Shown one piece after another: positions 14,464-28,432 of a stretch of 64,000 nt of DNA. The DNA lies in contig CM022670.1 of NCBI GenBank assembly GCA_012295275.1, positions 32,178,001-32,242,000 of the forward strand, given 5' to 3'. The stretch comes from Chrysomallon squamiferum. Lineage: Eukaryota; Animalia; Mollusca. The position numbers were made by a program, and so were the translations under genes. The notes under the pieces are model-generated. The model saw only the letters and a list, made by a program, of their open reading frames with translations. It made no database searches and was not told where the DNA came from. Positions within the stretch are counted from its first letter, which is position 1. Each line of letters begins with the position of its first letter.

Positions 14464-17400
14464 TTAAAATGAAGGGCATGCAGTTCTTCGGATTGCACTG
14501 ACATCAACCAGTTTGTACCAGTCTACCACTGTGCCATTGATGACAAGATTTCGCATACATCCTTCAAAACCTGTGTCTGATGATGCAGCACCTTGAGGAG
14601 CAAAGCTAGCTGTAAAGATAAATAATATGATATATTATCATAATAATCATCATTCTTATCATTCTGTATGGTGGTGTATGATTGTGTGAGTGGGGGGGTG
14701 GTTTGGTTTGTTCTGATTTTACAAGTGTAGAATCTTTATTATGCTTTGTATTAATTAAATATGAACCTTGCAAATACCAGAGCCACAATGTTGTATACTT
14801 TAATATTTCTATATCAGGGAGTATCTGTTATAAAAGCTCTTTGATTCGAAACCCCGTCTTGTTTGTTTGGTCCCAGGACAAAAAGTAATTTATATATCAG
14901 AAACTAAAAGAATGAAAAAAAATACAATTGATTAAATTATTTGTAAAGATAATTTATAGCTATGTGAAATAAAATTATTTAAAAACATTTTAAATAATGG
15001 CCTAAAAGAATATTGATAAAGTTGTTAAGTGTGAAAAATTATTTAACATTTTATTGGCCTAAAGATACTGCATAACAAAGTTTTGGAAACATCTTAAACA
15101 AAGGAAGAAGTAAATACACAGAATCCAATAATAAAAAATTATAACAATAAACACTTACGTGAAAAACCTCCTATAAAGAGAGGACTGTTTGTTTTTGTTT
15201 TTCGTACACCTCCTTGACTTGAAACATACTTCACTGGCAGGTCGTCTAACTGAACACTAATAACATTGCGCACTACCTCAGCTTTCACTCTGTGCCATCG
15301 TTTGTCACAGGCAGTGTATAAATTCTCATTGGAAGAAATGGCAATAAATGGTGGCACCCCTTCTTCGTTTTTGAGACTGAATTGAATTTTTCCTTTGTAA
15401 AGTTCTAATGTCATTCCAATCTCACCTCCATCACTGCTAACCGTCAGAATGATGCCATTTTGTTTCGATGTACGAAACTCTAAACTAATGTCTAAAGTTT
15501 CTCCAACTTCAAATGTATGAGCTGCACAAAAAAAAGAAGAAAAAAAAGATAAAATTAAAAATAAGAAAAGCAAATAATTAATTATGAAATATTTAATTTT
15601 TTATAATTGTTCACATTAAAAAGAGCTACAATAAAAATAAATATATCTATATCTTCTTAAAAATAAAAAATATATAGATTTTTGAATAGGCTAATAATAA
15701 GGGAAGATATAAATTAGTTTAATTGTAATGAAAATATGAGCCAGCCAAAAATGGATGTGTATGTTTTGAATATAAACCAACTATTGGGTCTACTTTTATC
15801 AATAATATCACTATATTATAATTTAATTTTGTATTTGAAAAGATAGACACAAATTCATATGTATATATTCAGTATGTTTTAACTGGCATGACTGAGAGAA
15901 AATGAAAAAAACTTAAATATGGAATTTAAATATCAAAATTTAATAACATGAATTATTATTAGAGTATAAACTGAAGGTAAATTGTTAAAATATTTACTGT
16001 GAAAAGAAATGAAAACAAAGAAAGGTTTGTAAACTAAATCAAACAAACCATAAATTCCCCATGAGAAACCAGTAAAAGATGCTCCTGGTTCAACATCCTT
16101 GTTGCAAAGGAACACCCCTCGAACAGTCTTGATGTCAGAAAAGTCTATGTATTCTTTGTTGACGAAGAAATTTCTTAGACATCCTCGAACGCTGTGTTTT
16201 ACCTAAAACGAATCAAATACATCATCATTCCATTTGTTTAATAATATAGCTCAGCACTGACAAACTAATTTCTAAGAATTCTCCAACATTAAGACACTAA
16301 ACATAAATAAAATAAATCCACATTCCATTTGTATGATAACATAGCTCAGAAATGATAATAATATTTCTATGAATTCTCAAACACTGAAATGTTATCCTAT
16401 TTCTATAATATAATTTGGCACTGAACAAACAAATTTTTAAGAATTCTCATTAAGTAAAATTAAAGCAGGAAATAAAATACACCATTATTCCACATCTTTG
16501 ATCCGTATGAAATAATTTCTAAGACATACTCAAACATTATATTTCCACAAAAACATATTTTTTCCACAGTATGACTCAGTGCACTAATTCTATTGTAACA
16601 GTTTTTCAAATACTGACATTATAAATAATGAATGACTTACTAAATCTCCTTTCAAAGCTTGTGGGTCAGGAACTCCGCCAACATACATGGGCGTTGAGAC
16701 ATCAAGCCGTTTTTTGATTTTCGTGGTCAGTTCTTTCTCGTTCTCAACCCGGAGGTGTATATTTTTTCTTCCCTTTTCCACAATCACCTGTTAAATTAAA
16801 ACAAGTGAAATACTTTAAAATTTTTTTAATAAGTACAGTTAATGGAATAAGGAGTAAGATTTAACTCGTCCTAACAATTTTACTTAACCAAGAATACTTT
16901 GATAAAAAATAAATTCAGTTAAATAAGTATCGTTTAAGAGATTAAAAAAGATGGTGTCATTAAATTTTATCCTTTTTGCCTAAACTGAAGTTCAAATAAC
17001 AGTAGCCAACTTTATCCCTGTATTTGTCATCTGGAATTTTAACTAAGCAAAACTACTGTACAGTAAATTGTATTCTTATGGAGACATTACAGTATGCGAG
17101 AATGCTCTGGTCAGTATGATATATGTGGACTTTAGCAGTTCTTAGCAAAGAAGAAGAAATACACAATTTAAGTGCTTTTTTTTTTTTTTTGTCATTTTTG
17201 GCACATCTGTGGGGGTTAACAGGTCCTAGACCCAGAAATGCCTCAGATAAAGCAGTCAAAATATATATTATTCAGATACAGCTTATTTAGTAATTCAGCA
17301 TGACCAAAAGGTACATTTTATAAGTCTTTATCTTGATATAGATTAGTTTTGAACTAATGCAGATCATCTATTAGTTATATTTAACAAAACAGTTTTTAAA

Positions 17401-20400
17401 AAACCAAACAGACATACCGAGTGCCACATCCCATCACTAAAGTTACCACTGACAGCTAAAGTTTCCCGATCTTTATCATTGTCAAAGGTAACCTCCACCT
17501 TTCCATTTTTCAGCTGTGCTGCTAGGAATTCTGAATGTTTATTGTTGGTTAACAAGAAAAACATTCCATTGGGATAGAATGTTCGGAAGTCAAATGAAAT
17601 ATTGAATCTGCAAAGTAATACAAGTCACATAATCACAGATGACTGATTTGTATGAACTCTTTAAAAATAATTCATTTTATTTATTCAGTCTTATCAAAAA
17701 TAAATAAATAACTGGACATTGTTGAAAAATGAATTATAAACACGCTGGCTAATTTATCTTTAGGAAAAAAAGTAAATTCACATGTATGATCTCAAAAAAT
17801 CTAACACAATAAAAATTAACATTAAAAACTACAAATTAAAATTTATAAAGATAAAATTTAAAAGAAGGTGATAAAGAGTAAAAAGTTTTATCAATGATAA
17901 ATAAAGTACACACATTTTAGACACTTCTTTCTTCTTTATTTTAATCTCAGCATAACTGGAATTACTGTTTCCAAATGTCATAGCATTTTCTTCTTTCACT
18001 TGAGGGTCAGGCATGATGCAAGAACTTGGACCTGTTTTAGGCAATATCTTTGATGATGTTGTTGCTGCTGCTGTAGTTTCCACTTTCATTTTCTCGTGTT
18101 CAAAGCTTTTAACCATAGACACAGTCTCTTTGTCTGTTCTAACTGGTGACTTTAGAGTTGAGGTATAATAAAGGGGTGGTGCTGTGCCATACAACAGAGG
18201 ATTCGATGCTGTAGTGAATGATACACCATCAGCACTGAAACTGACGCCACCGTTGATGTCATAGACACAGCGGCCTATATCTGCACGTTTGTATTGCACT
18301 GGTAAATTCAAGTTCAACAACCTATGATAAAAAATAATATATATATATCAATGATGACTCAATCCACATATAAAATAATAATAATAATAATAATTCATAA
18401 GGTAAACTATTTCTCATACAGTTTGATAAACATGTCAAAATATTATTAGGTATACAATGAAAAAGAACAGAATGAATGATTATAAAACCCCAGCAAAGAA
18501 AACACTGTTTGGTGTTACGCTGTGGTCAAAGAGAAAATTTATAAAAGAACAAGCTGAAAAACCAGTGATATAAAATTGTGTTAGTATCATAACTGGATAT
18601 ATCGATAGGAATGAAAAAATCACTTATAAACAAAACTGAGGAGAAGAAGATGGTGATTTTGAAGTTGTTAAAAAAATAAATAAATAAAAGAAATCATTGA
18701 AAAATAGCAACAGAATGGAAAAAAACTTGTAGTAATTATGACCTCTGAAAGATCTATTTAAGATTGATTTAGAGGATTTTTAAAGTTTTCTTTATAATAA
18801 GCAGTGAAGAATACAAAATTATTTTTTGGATTGCATTAATCAAGATAAATTTTTTTTAAAAACTTAATCAAAAAATAAAAGTGAAATAACAGAAACTAAA
18901 TAAAGTTGGTTTTCAGTTAAAAACAGAAATGTAGCAGGAAAGTGTTCTCTTGGAATGGATTAAAGAATATTGAAAAACTATTTTAAAACTGAAAATGAAG
19001 TATTAGTTACTAACTTATCATTGATGACAATGTCACTAATGCAGCCTTCCAATGATTTGTCAGAAGCAACCATTGATATAACATCAAGTCCTCTCGGAAT
19101 TCCTCCCACATACATCTGACCATTCTGTTTGAGATCAATAGTTCGAGATAGCTGGCCCTCGGCCATTTGCTTGTCATCAACAAACATCAGTATTCTGAAA
19201 AGAGAAAAGAATTTTTCTTTTCATTGTAGAAATAATGAATAATGTGAAGTAATTTTATTCATTTTTGAATAGAAAAATGTTAAAGTTTATATTGATATTC
19301 TTAAAGATTAAAAAAATGCATATTAAATTTTATGAAAAATTGTTTTCCCAGTATCATCAGTATTTTGAAAGAAGGGAAAATGTTTGTATATTTTATATTT
19401 TTATGGTATAAATAATGGATAATTTGGAGTAATTTTATTAATTTTTGAGGAAACTCTTTTTATTTATATCAATAATCTGAAAGAAGAAAATATATATGTT
19501 TTTAAAACTAAGTTTTTAAAGTAGAACTAACGGATATTTTTAGTTATTTTATTAATTTTTTAGGTAGTGGTTTTTGCTTTTCTCAGTATGATTAAAGATG
19601 AAAAGAATATTTTTAAATTGCATATTTTTAGGACACAAATAATGGTTAATTTTGAGTAACTTTATTAACATTTGAGGAAATATGTTTTGTTAATATCAAT
19701 ATCATGAAGGAAGTAGCAAAAACAAATATATGGAATAAATTTTCTTATATAATCATTTTTAAAATGTAAAAGAAAATATAGTTATATACTGTATCTTTAT
19801 AAGATAATGGATGTTTTAAGAGTAATTTTTATTAATTTTTAATGAAAATTGTTTGCTTATAATTACTGATATTTTAAAATTAATGAATAATTTGCACCAA
19901 TTTTATTGAATTTTGAGGAAAAAGTTTGTTTACATCAATATTGTGAAAAAAGAAAATAATTTTTTTTTTTAATTTTTTTTTTATAATTTCATAATATATT
20001 TATAAATTTTGGAGAAAAATGGTTGGGTTTTTTCATTTTTATTATGTCTTAATTAACACCATCACAGATCTTTTTTTATATTCTGCAGACCTACTTTTTG
20101 TTAACTTTAACAACAGCTACATTGTGTACTTTTGCATCATTCCACTGTCCTGGTGCCACAAGAATTACAGGTTTTCCTCCTGCTGAGAAACGCCCTTCTA
20201 TCTCTCCATCCAACAGCGCAAGTGAATAATAGTTCTGTGAATCAAGTAGAATAGTAAATCTTTTGTAATTGATATGAAACAAATATCACATGCTAAAGAA
20301 GAATGGTAAAAGTTGTTAAAATGTAAAGTATCTATTTGTACAAATCTTTTTTAACTGTAAAGTAAAATTAGACAAGTATGGATCTTCCTAACCAATGAAA

Positions 20401-23400
20401 AATGTCTCCTAAATTTCGAACAAGATCTGAATTTTATTATTATTTTCTGAATTTAAAGCATCAAAAGTATTTAGATAAATAATTAATAAATGAAAAAAAT
20501 TCTGTATTTTTATTTTCTGCTTGTTATTGTTAGGTAGGATGTTGTATAATTTAACATTAAAGAATACCATAAAGGGAAATATTTTTAGACTCAAAATTTT
20601 CAGAAGGGACTCTTCATTTTGCAGGAGACAGAGTCAAACTGGCATCAGCAGAAAAAAAAATTTATAAGTTTTATCTTCTGCAAATAATTAAAATTATGAT
20701 TTAAACAAAAATGTTAGTAATCTAAAAAACAAGAAAAGAAAGAAAATCCCAAACAGGTTTCAAATATAAAAAAGTCTTACACTTTGATCGACACTGTTGG
20801 CAAGAAGCAGCAAAGCATCATCTTGTCTGGTGATAAAAGACAATGAAACATCCCATCATTCTTTGGTATGTTTTCTCCTTTGAATGTAGTAAAGCCATCT
20901 CCATAGAAACCAACTTTACGAATGCCCTACAAAAAGAAATATTTTGATAATTATTATTTGAATACAGTACATTTTGATATTTATTATTTGTATTTAATAT
21001 ACTTTAAAACAGACTGACAAATATATTCAGCTAAATTATATGTTAGAAATTCATTCAGTCAATATCCTGGTTATATTTAGTGTTGAAAACTTGTGGATGT
21101 CTCTGGATAACAAAATATGAAATTAATAAATAAACCATTCTGATTGATAAAGCTTTGAAAAAAATATTTTTTATTCATCAAAAAGGAAACAAAAATGTAA
21201 AAATCACTTTGAATATTTGTGCTAGTAAAAATTAAATAATCAAAAGAAAAAGAAGTTGAAAATTATTTTGTTTTAATACAGAAAAGGCAAAATGCACATA
21301 AATCAGCTTTGATTGTAACAAGCCATTCCAACTGATATTTTTTCTAAGACAGGAGGTACTGATACTAATGGTAATAGTTAATTACAGTTTATAAAATACA
21401 TTGATAAAACTACTTACACTCTCCTTACAGCCAGGACTTATTCCTACATAGTTGCCAGAAAACAGATCCTGCATAGAAATACTAAATGGACCCACTCCAA
21501 CAGCCCTCATACAACCAAGGAAGTTTGTGTTCTCAATAGAAATACTGTAAAAATGACATATGGATTTAAAAGAAGCTTGTCTAAGATATGGAAATATAAA
21601 TTATTTTCATGATGGTGTTGTCAATATTGTTTAATTTTTATCAAAAATAAATACACTTATATCATTTATTCATTCATGTGAAATAAGGACGTTTTTTTCT
21701 AAAATAATAACTAAATAAAAATAATAAAACCCCCACAAATCTGAAATGTATTGCTTCAAATTTTCTTTTTTAAAATTATCATATGTAGCAACCAATAAGA
21801 TGATTAATGCACTATTAGTCTTTTGTATATCATAAAACATATTTTTCATTTGGGGTTTTCTTAATTTTATTTATTCACTTAAAACAGATACATATATAAT
21901 TATAATAATCAAATAGTAAATAAAGACAGTGGAATATTTAATTGCTTAAATTAATTTGTTCTTCTTATGATGAAACCTAATTTAAAAATTATCATACAAT
22001 TACATAAATTATTAACCAAAGTTTGTGTGAAGTTCTGTATATTTTTCTTATCATTTAGTTTAATTTATTTCTAAATCAATTAAAATGTATTAACAATAAT
22101 GAAAATCCAAATGCAAAACTGTTCTCTAACAAATAATTAAACAGCATTCTGCAATTAATTAGCATGCATCTTTCACATTTTTTAGAAAAACTGTGCTAAA
22201 AACACAATGTTTAGAACAAAAAGGTGCCAAAGCTTTTAGCAGATATAGAACAAATGATTGTGTGATATAAACGATAGATGAGAAAAAATGTATGATGCAT
22301 CTGTGATGTTTTTCAATTTCTATTTCATTATCATAACAATCATTAATGTCATTACCTTTATTTTCATCATCATTACTGTTAATGTTATTGTTATTATCAT
22401 CAAACCATTTTATTTCTTCCAAAATGAAACACTAATAAAATTTCTGGTATATGGTGTTTGAGAAGTTTTCTTTATAATGAAGAAATACAAAGGTATGCTA
22501 AACAATTCTAAGCAAAAGAATAGCATTGTTTATAATGTAACAAATTTTGTTTTGGGTTTATAAAATTCACCATTGCTCCGTGAGCATCAGATAATCCAAG
22601 CAAAAATAAGTAATTGTACAGAATAGTGAATCAAGAACACAACAATTTAGGCCCACATGCAAAACAACAAATGAAATATTGGTTTTGTGGAGATATTAAA
22701 GATATGGAGTCAATGTCTAATAAATCACTTGGTCTAAGTTTGAAAATATTTAAAATATCACTGAACTTTTGAGCAAAATTCAAACAAATTTTAAAAGATA
22801 GTTTTGTTTATGACAAACCTGCCAAAAGAATTACACTGAATGAGACTTAGAATAATTACAGAAAGATCAGGCAATAAAATAAAATATTTCTAGAAATAGC
22901 AGAGCAGGAACAGAAGTCATCTTAAGACTACAACAAGCAAAAGAATTCATGTACAAATGAAAACAGAGTATTTGAAAAATACCCCAAAACTGAAAAAAAC
23001 AAACACCTACAAAACAAAAACAACCCACAGACAAAAAAGGTTTTACCAATTAAAATCTTCATTTAATCTGCCTTGCATGCGAGCCATGAAATGAAAACTT
23101 CAACTACATGCTTGTAAGTGATACAGTGTTGTAAAATTTGCAACTACAAAATATCACATCAGGCAAGGAACCAGCCCATTTCATTTACCTGATATTTTCT
23201 TTTAGCAATCTGTAGATAAAGGAGACATGTGTGCATAATGTCTAGATCTAAATGTGCATTAATATATTTATTTTCCATTACCACCTAAACATATAGCTGT
23301 TGTTAACAGAATAATTAATTCATTAATAACTTGTGTACTACAGAACAATCTAAACAATAAATAAATGATTAAATATGTAATTAATTTTGTTAATAACCTG

Positions 23401-25895
23401 TATAGTATAGAATCTTCTAAACAGTCAATGAATCTATTACATACGTAGTTATGCAGAACATAATTAATTAATTAATGATCATTTTACTACAGAGTTAATT
23501 CTTCTAAAAAGAACTATTTGACTATTATTAAATTTTATAAAATGATGCTACTATATAAGTATATTGTAGGTGTTTTTAACTAATGTTTTTATTTTTTATT
23601 TTTTTGTTATTATTATTTTTTTTTTAAACTACATTTTTAAGATTTAGGACATTCAGACTGATTAAAACAGTCTTATGTTTTTTTTAATTTAGTAAGTGCA
23701 AAGATAATTTCTTATTGCTGATTTAAAAAAAAAGACAATGAGATTCCAGATTAAGTTGTCATAGTTTTAATACATAATCCAAAATATTTCTTACACTAGG
23801 TTTAAACAAAAATTGCTAAAAATATTTTTCTTTATTTCTTTGTTTCTTTGTTTCTTGGTTATAAAATGTTGCAAAGTAAAGATATATTTTCATACATTTC
23901 TTATGTTAGGCAATTTCAATAATCTGTATAGAAAATCCCAGTACCACTGTGAATTACAGATAGCATTTTATATGACAATTAGAATTTGATTTTGTTTCAT
24001 TTGCACATACAGAAAACACATTGTAAGAAAAAGAAAACAAAAAGAGTATTTATAAATAATTCTATATAAAGCACCTAGCACTAAAACCTAATATTTAATT
24101 AAAATGAAATTTATAAAAATTTCAAAAACTCAATATATTTAATCAATATTTTATCTGCATGAATTTATTTTTTAAAAATGAATTTCACTTATATTAATTT
24201 TCTGATTAATAATTTGAATGAAAATTACTTGTTATAGAGAATATTTCATCAAAACACTTTGACGATGAGCAAATAACTGAGGTTTTGGGTGTGGAAGTTA
24301 TTTTTCCATTAATTACTTAATATTTATTTATCAAAAATTATTTAAACAAATTTAAAATGAATGAATGTTTATTTATTTAATATAACACATTTTAAATGTT
24401 TTCGACGCAGTAAATAAAAAAAAAGAATTTATAACAGAAAATCAATTAGTTTACTGTTTATATAAACTAAAAGCACACACATTTTCAGCCACATGTTAAT
24501 TTAATGCTAAGTATTTATTATCAGTTTATTAAGCAAAGACTTACTGTTTTCTGAATGGTGTAAGATCAAAGCTTTCTGGAACTCCACCAATGTACATAGG
24601 TTTTGATTTTAAGTTGAGATCTTTATTTCCTGGGGGTGCCGCAGTAAGTATAGTCTCCACATTGTCTACTCTCAGCACAGCTAGTAACAAAAATACTTAA
24701 ACTATGAGAAAAAAACACTGGTTATATAAAGTTTCAAAAGTATTGCCATTCTATTTTCTTCAATAAAATTAAAAAATATGTTTACAAAGATGATCATTAA
24801 ATATGTTTTACACAAAAATGAATCTAATTTGTTCTTTGAAAACAGTTATACATTAAAATAAATTTCATGTGAAATTTAATCCAAAATTTTCTTTTTCAAA
24901 AACAGCTGCTTGTTAAAATAATTTCTGTGTGACATATAAAATAATATATATTTTTATTTACCCATTCCAGTAATTTTTGTGTCAATTTAAATATACCGAT
25001 GTTCATTTGTTTATTATTTTGTTAGAACAACTTTGATATGTTATTTAATTTAACAAGCTAGATTTATTTGCAACATTTAAAAAAATAATAATAATCAAAT
25101 AATAAAAAAAAGTTTCATTGTAAATGCACAAACATAATTATTATGTTTATATACAGGTCTTGAAATTGTTTGTAAAAAAAAAAAAAGAAAGAAGAATAAC
25201 AAAAGGAGAAAATTTTCATACAAAACCCCCTCCAGATTATTATGTAAGATTCTTACAATTTTCTTCTTTTCTAATTTTTTAATTTTTAATTTTAAATTTT
25301 TTTTTTTTTTTTTTTGCAAAAGATTATCTCTTAAATTTTAAAATATATTTCCCTTTACTTCTTCATTATAATTTAAGTATAAAATTATTATCCAACTTTT
25401 ATATAATAGTACATAATAAAGAAGCAGTTAATTTTCTCAGTAATGGATCCTTTCTATAAAGGAATTCAATAGAAACTGAACAATTTCCATGGACCTGTGA
25501 TTTATCTGTCTTTTAACACTAATATGTCAGTAAATTCAACACACCACAAAACTAAACTATTTTCCTAATACTAGTTTTGAAAAGTCTCAGTGTAATAATA
25601 TTTTAAGCAAAGCAAATGTGTTAACCTTCGTAACCCTTTTTCTCAACAAACACTTTAACCCATTTATTTGTGTTGTAAGTCTTTTTGGTTGTTGCTTGCC
25701 CTAAACTAACACCACCATTGTAGAAATGAAGCACAACTTTTCCTTCATGCAGCTCCACAGAAATGAAATCTCCCTGCAAGACAAAAACATTCACAATGAT
25801 GATGATAACGATGATATCGATATATAATAATAATAATAATAATAGTGATAGTAATAATTTGTAAAAACAGTAATAATAATAATAATAGTAATAAT

Positions 25896-25952
<57 letters not shown>

Positions 25953-28432
25953 TTATTATTATATGAAATAATAACCAAACCAAAATACAAATCAAAATAA
26001 CATTTACATTTTATATACCCTGAGATTTAAATTCTTATATATGTTACAACCAATTTTTTTAAAAGATAATGTTTGGTTCCAGTTAAAAATAATTAAAAGT
26101 TTTCTTTATATTAATTTAAAATATTTGTCAGTAAATCTAAATGGATAGGTAGTTGGACATAATACTTAAATAATTACCAAGTCAGGATTGCCAGAAAACA
26201 CAAAGAGGGCATTTTCCCAAAATGTCTTAAATTCAAATGCAATGTTGATACGATCACTGCGATATCTGGATATTTTAGGCAACTCAGAATACCCAGTTCC
26301 ATCAAAGTAGTATATATTGGTGCTTATTGGTACTGTTGGTCTGAAAATATATCAAAGGTATCTATTATATATTCAGTATTTTTTCAGTAAAAAATGCACA
26401 TATTCAGTAATTACAGTAAATAAAAACATGACTTAAAACAAAGAGAGACAATAGAGAAGGAGAGAATGATAATCTACAATGCAAACAATTCAATTAAAAA
26501 ATTTGTATCTTCGTACATATCATTATATATATGTCTTCTCTTTTTGTGTGTGTGTTTGTTAATGATTTAAGTATCTATGAAACAAAAACTGGATGTCTGT
26601 TAATAGAAAAACTAAGTCAACAGCATACATCTTGGTGTTCAAAAGAGCAACCAATATCAAACATTAATTTCAGAATGAGATCATTATTACTGTTAATAAA
26701 AGACTACTTACACATCACTACAAGCTCTGCATGATGGTGCAGATGTCTTGAAATGAAATGTACCAACACTGTGACCATCAATAACCACTCGGCCCATGCA
26801 TCCTGTCAGATTGTTTGAACTAACTGTTGGAGGCACCTAGAATTTTCAAAACAACAATTCAGATCTTGATTTATAAATTCCCATTCAAGAAAAAAAATAT
26901 CATTTTTTGGAAAGAAATAATTATTTTAAGAAGAAAAAATATAATAACTGCACTTACAGAATAACTTGCATTTACTCCTGCAAAGAAAAGATCAGAATTC
27001 TCATCCAGCTTCATAACAGAATACCCAACAGGTGAGGTCCCACTCTGTTGCTTGGCATTGCTTTCAGTATTTTTGATTTGCCACACTTTGAGAAGACCAA
27101 CACGAGCCACCCTGAGATAAATTAATAATACAAACAAAGTGTAAGATGGTTTTGTTTAAAAAATCTGTTTTTAATTAAGAAATTCTTTAGCTTTATTTTA
27201 TGTACTGATCTGTGAGTGTTTTGATAAAGAGACACTAGTTTTATAATTATATTTTTTAGTTTAAATCTAGATAATTAAAGCTGAAATTTTAAATTCATTT
27301 TCTAAGGAATAAAAATAAATTTCAAATTAAAATATTTACTAAATAATTAACTATGATTCGGTACTGATGAAAAATTCTAATTTAATAATTTGAAATTTAA
27401 AATTTTCTGAAATAATTAAGTATTAATTCATATTTAAATTAAATGATTTGGTTTATTTTTGAAAACCATTTTCTGAGTATATCAAAAATCAACTAAAATA
27501 ACTATCCAAATTTACCTCTTGGCAACAACTCTATACCACTTGAGTCCTTCTTCATCATCAGCAGGTACTACGTTGATTATCTCGTCATGGATTATCTCCC
27601 CTATTCCACCACCAACATTCCAAACGAATCTCACTTTATTGTTTCTCAATTCAACAGCAAGAAATTCCTACAAGAAAATTGTTTAAAATACAATGCATTC
27701 TGTTTTACCAGATAAAAATGCAAAAAAAAAAAAATTCGATTCTTTTCAAAAATTATTTGAGATCCGCATATTTAAAGGTTTAAAATAGATTTGAGACAAT
27801 TTATACAAAACACTAAGAAGAAACATTTAGTAAAAATTTACAAAAACTATTAGTAAATATTTTTGAATTATTTAAAGGGATCTTGATTAAGCAATTAATA
27901 CAAATGAAAAGATTATCTTTGACAAATCATGCCTGTCAGTATTTTCAAATGGTAGGAATTACTTTTAACAAGTTTTATATGATTTTAATTTAATATGTTG
28001 GCATTCTAAATAAATTACTATATATTTAACTCTTGTCAGTATTTAATTTTAGTTAGGAAGGAAATTAATAAAAATGGTATGTCATAAAAAAAAATGATTC
28101 TAGGAAGGAAACTTGTTTGTGGAAGATTGTGTCTGTTCAACCTATATAATTTAAACAAGTGATTTTTGTTAAATGGTGTAACAAATGAGAAATACATGCA
28201 TATATCATTTTTCTTTTTTTTTCTCTCTTTCTCAAAAAACCCACCCAAAAATTCAAAGATTTAAAATTAAAAAATAAATTACTGTAGAAGATTTCTGTGC
28301 AAGGACAAACAACATGTTGTCCTGAGTCTTGTTCAGTTTGAAACCAAAACTGATGCTGTTGGTGACACCAGGGTGACTCACTGGGTGATAAGATCGAGTA
28401 CAATGACCATCACCTTTCAGAGAAAGTTTCAT
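14464..28432 (-). CDS. LAMA2: Laminin alpha: LG1-LG5 domains
   Basis: Exons 28283-28432, 27516-27667, 26958-27111, 26712-26836, 26178-26340, 25626-25773, 24545-24680, 21418-21544, 20781-20926 (1-nt deficit), 20095-20234, 19015-19194, 17914-18321, 17418-17607, 16641-16787, 16049-16202, 15159-15521, 14464-14609. LG motifs [51 protein letters not shown]. Confidence 0.92.

Noticed and set aside
20611-20638. 28-nt AG..GT segment that would arithmetically compensate the LG3 frameshift
   Set aside because: The donor GTCCCT is very weak, and the LG-like sequence of the 3' half of exon 20781-20926 shows that the shift lies inside that exon.
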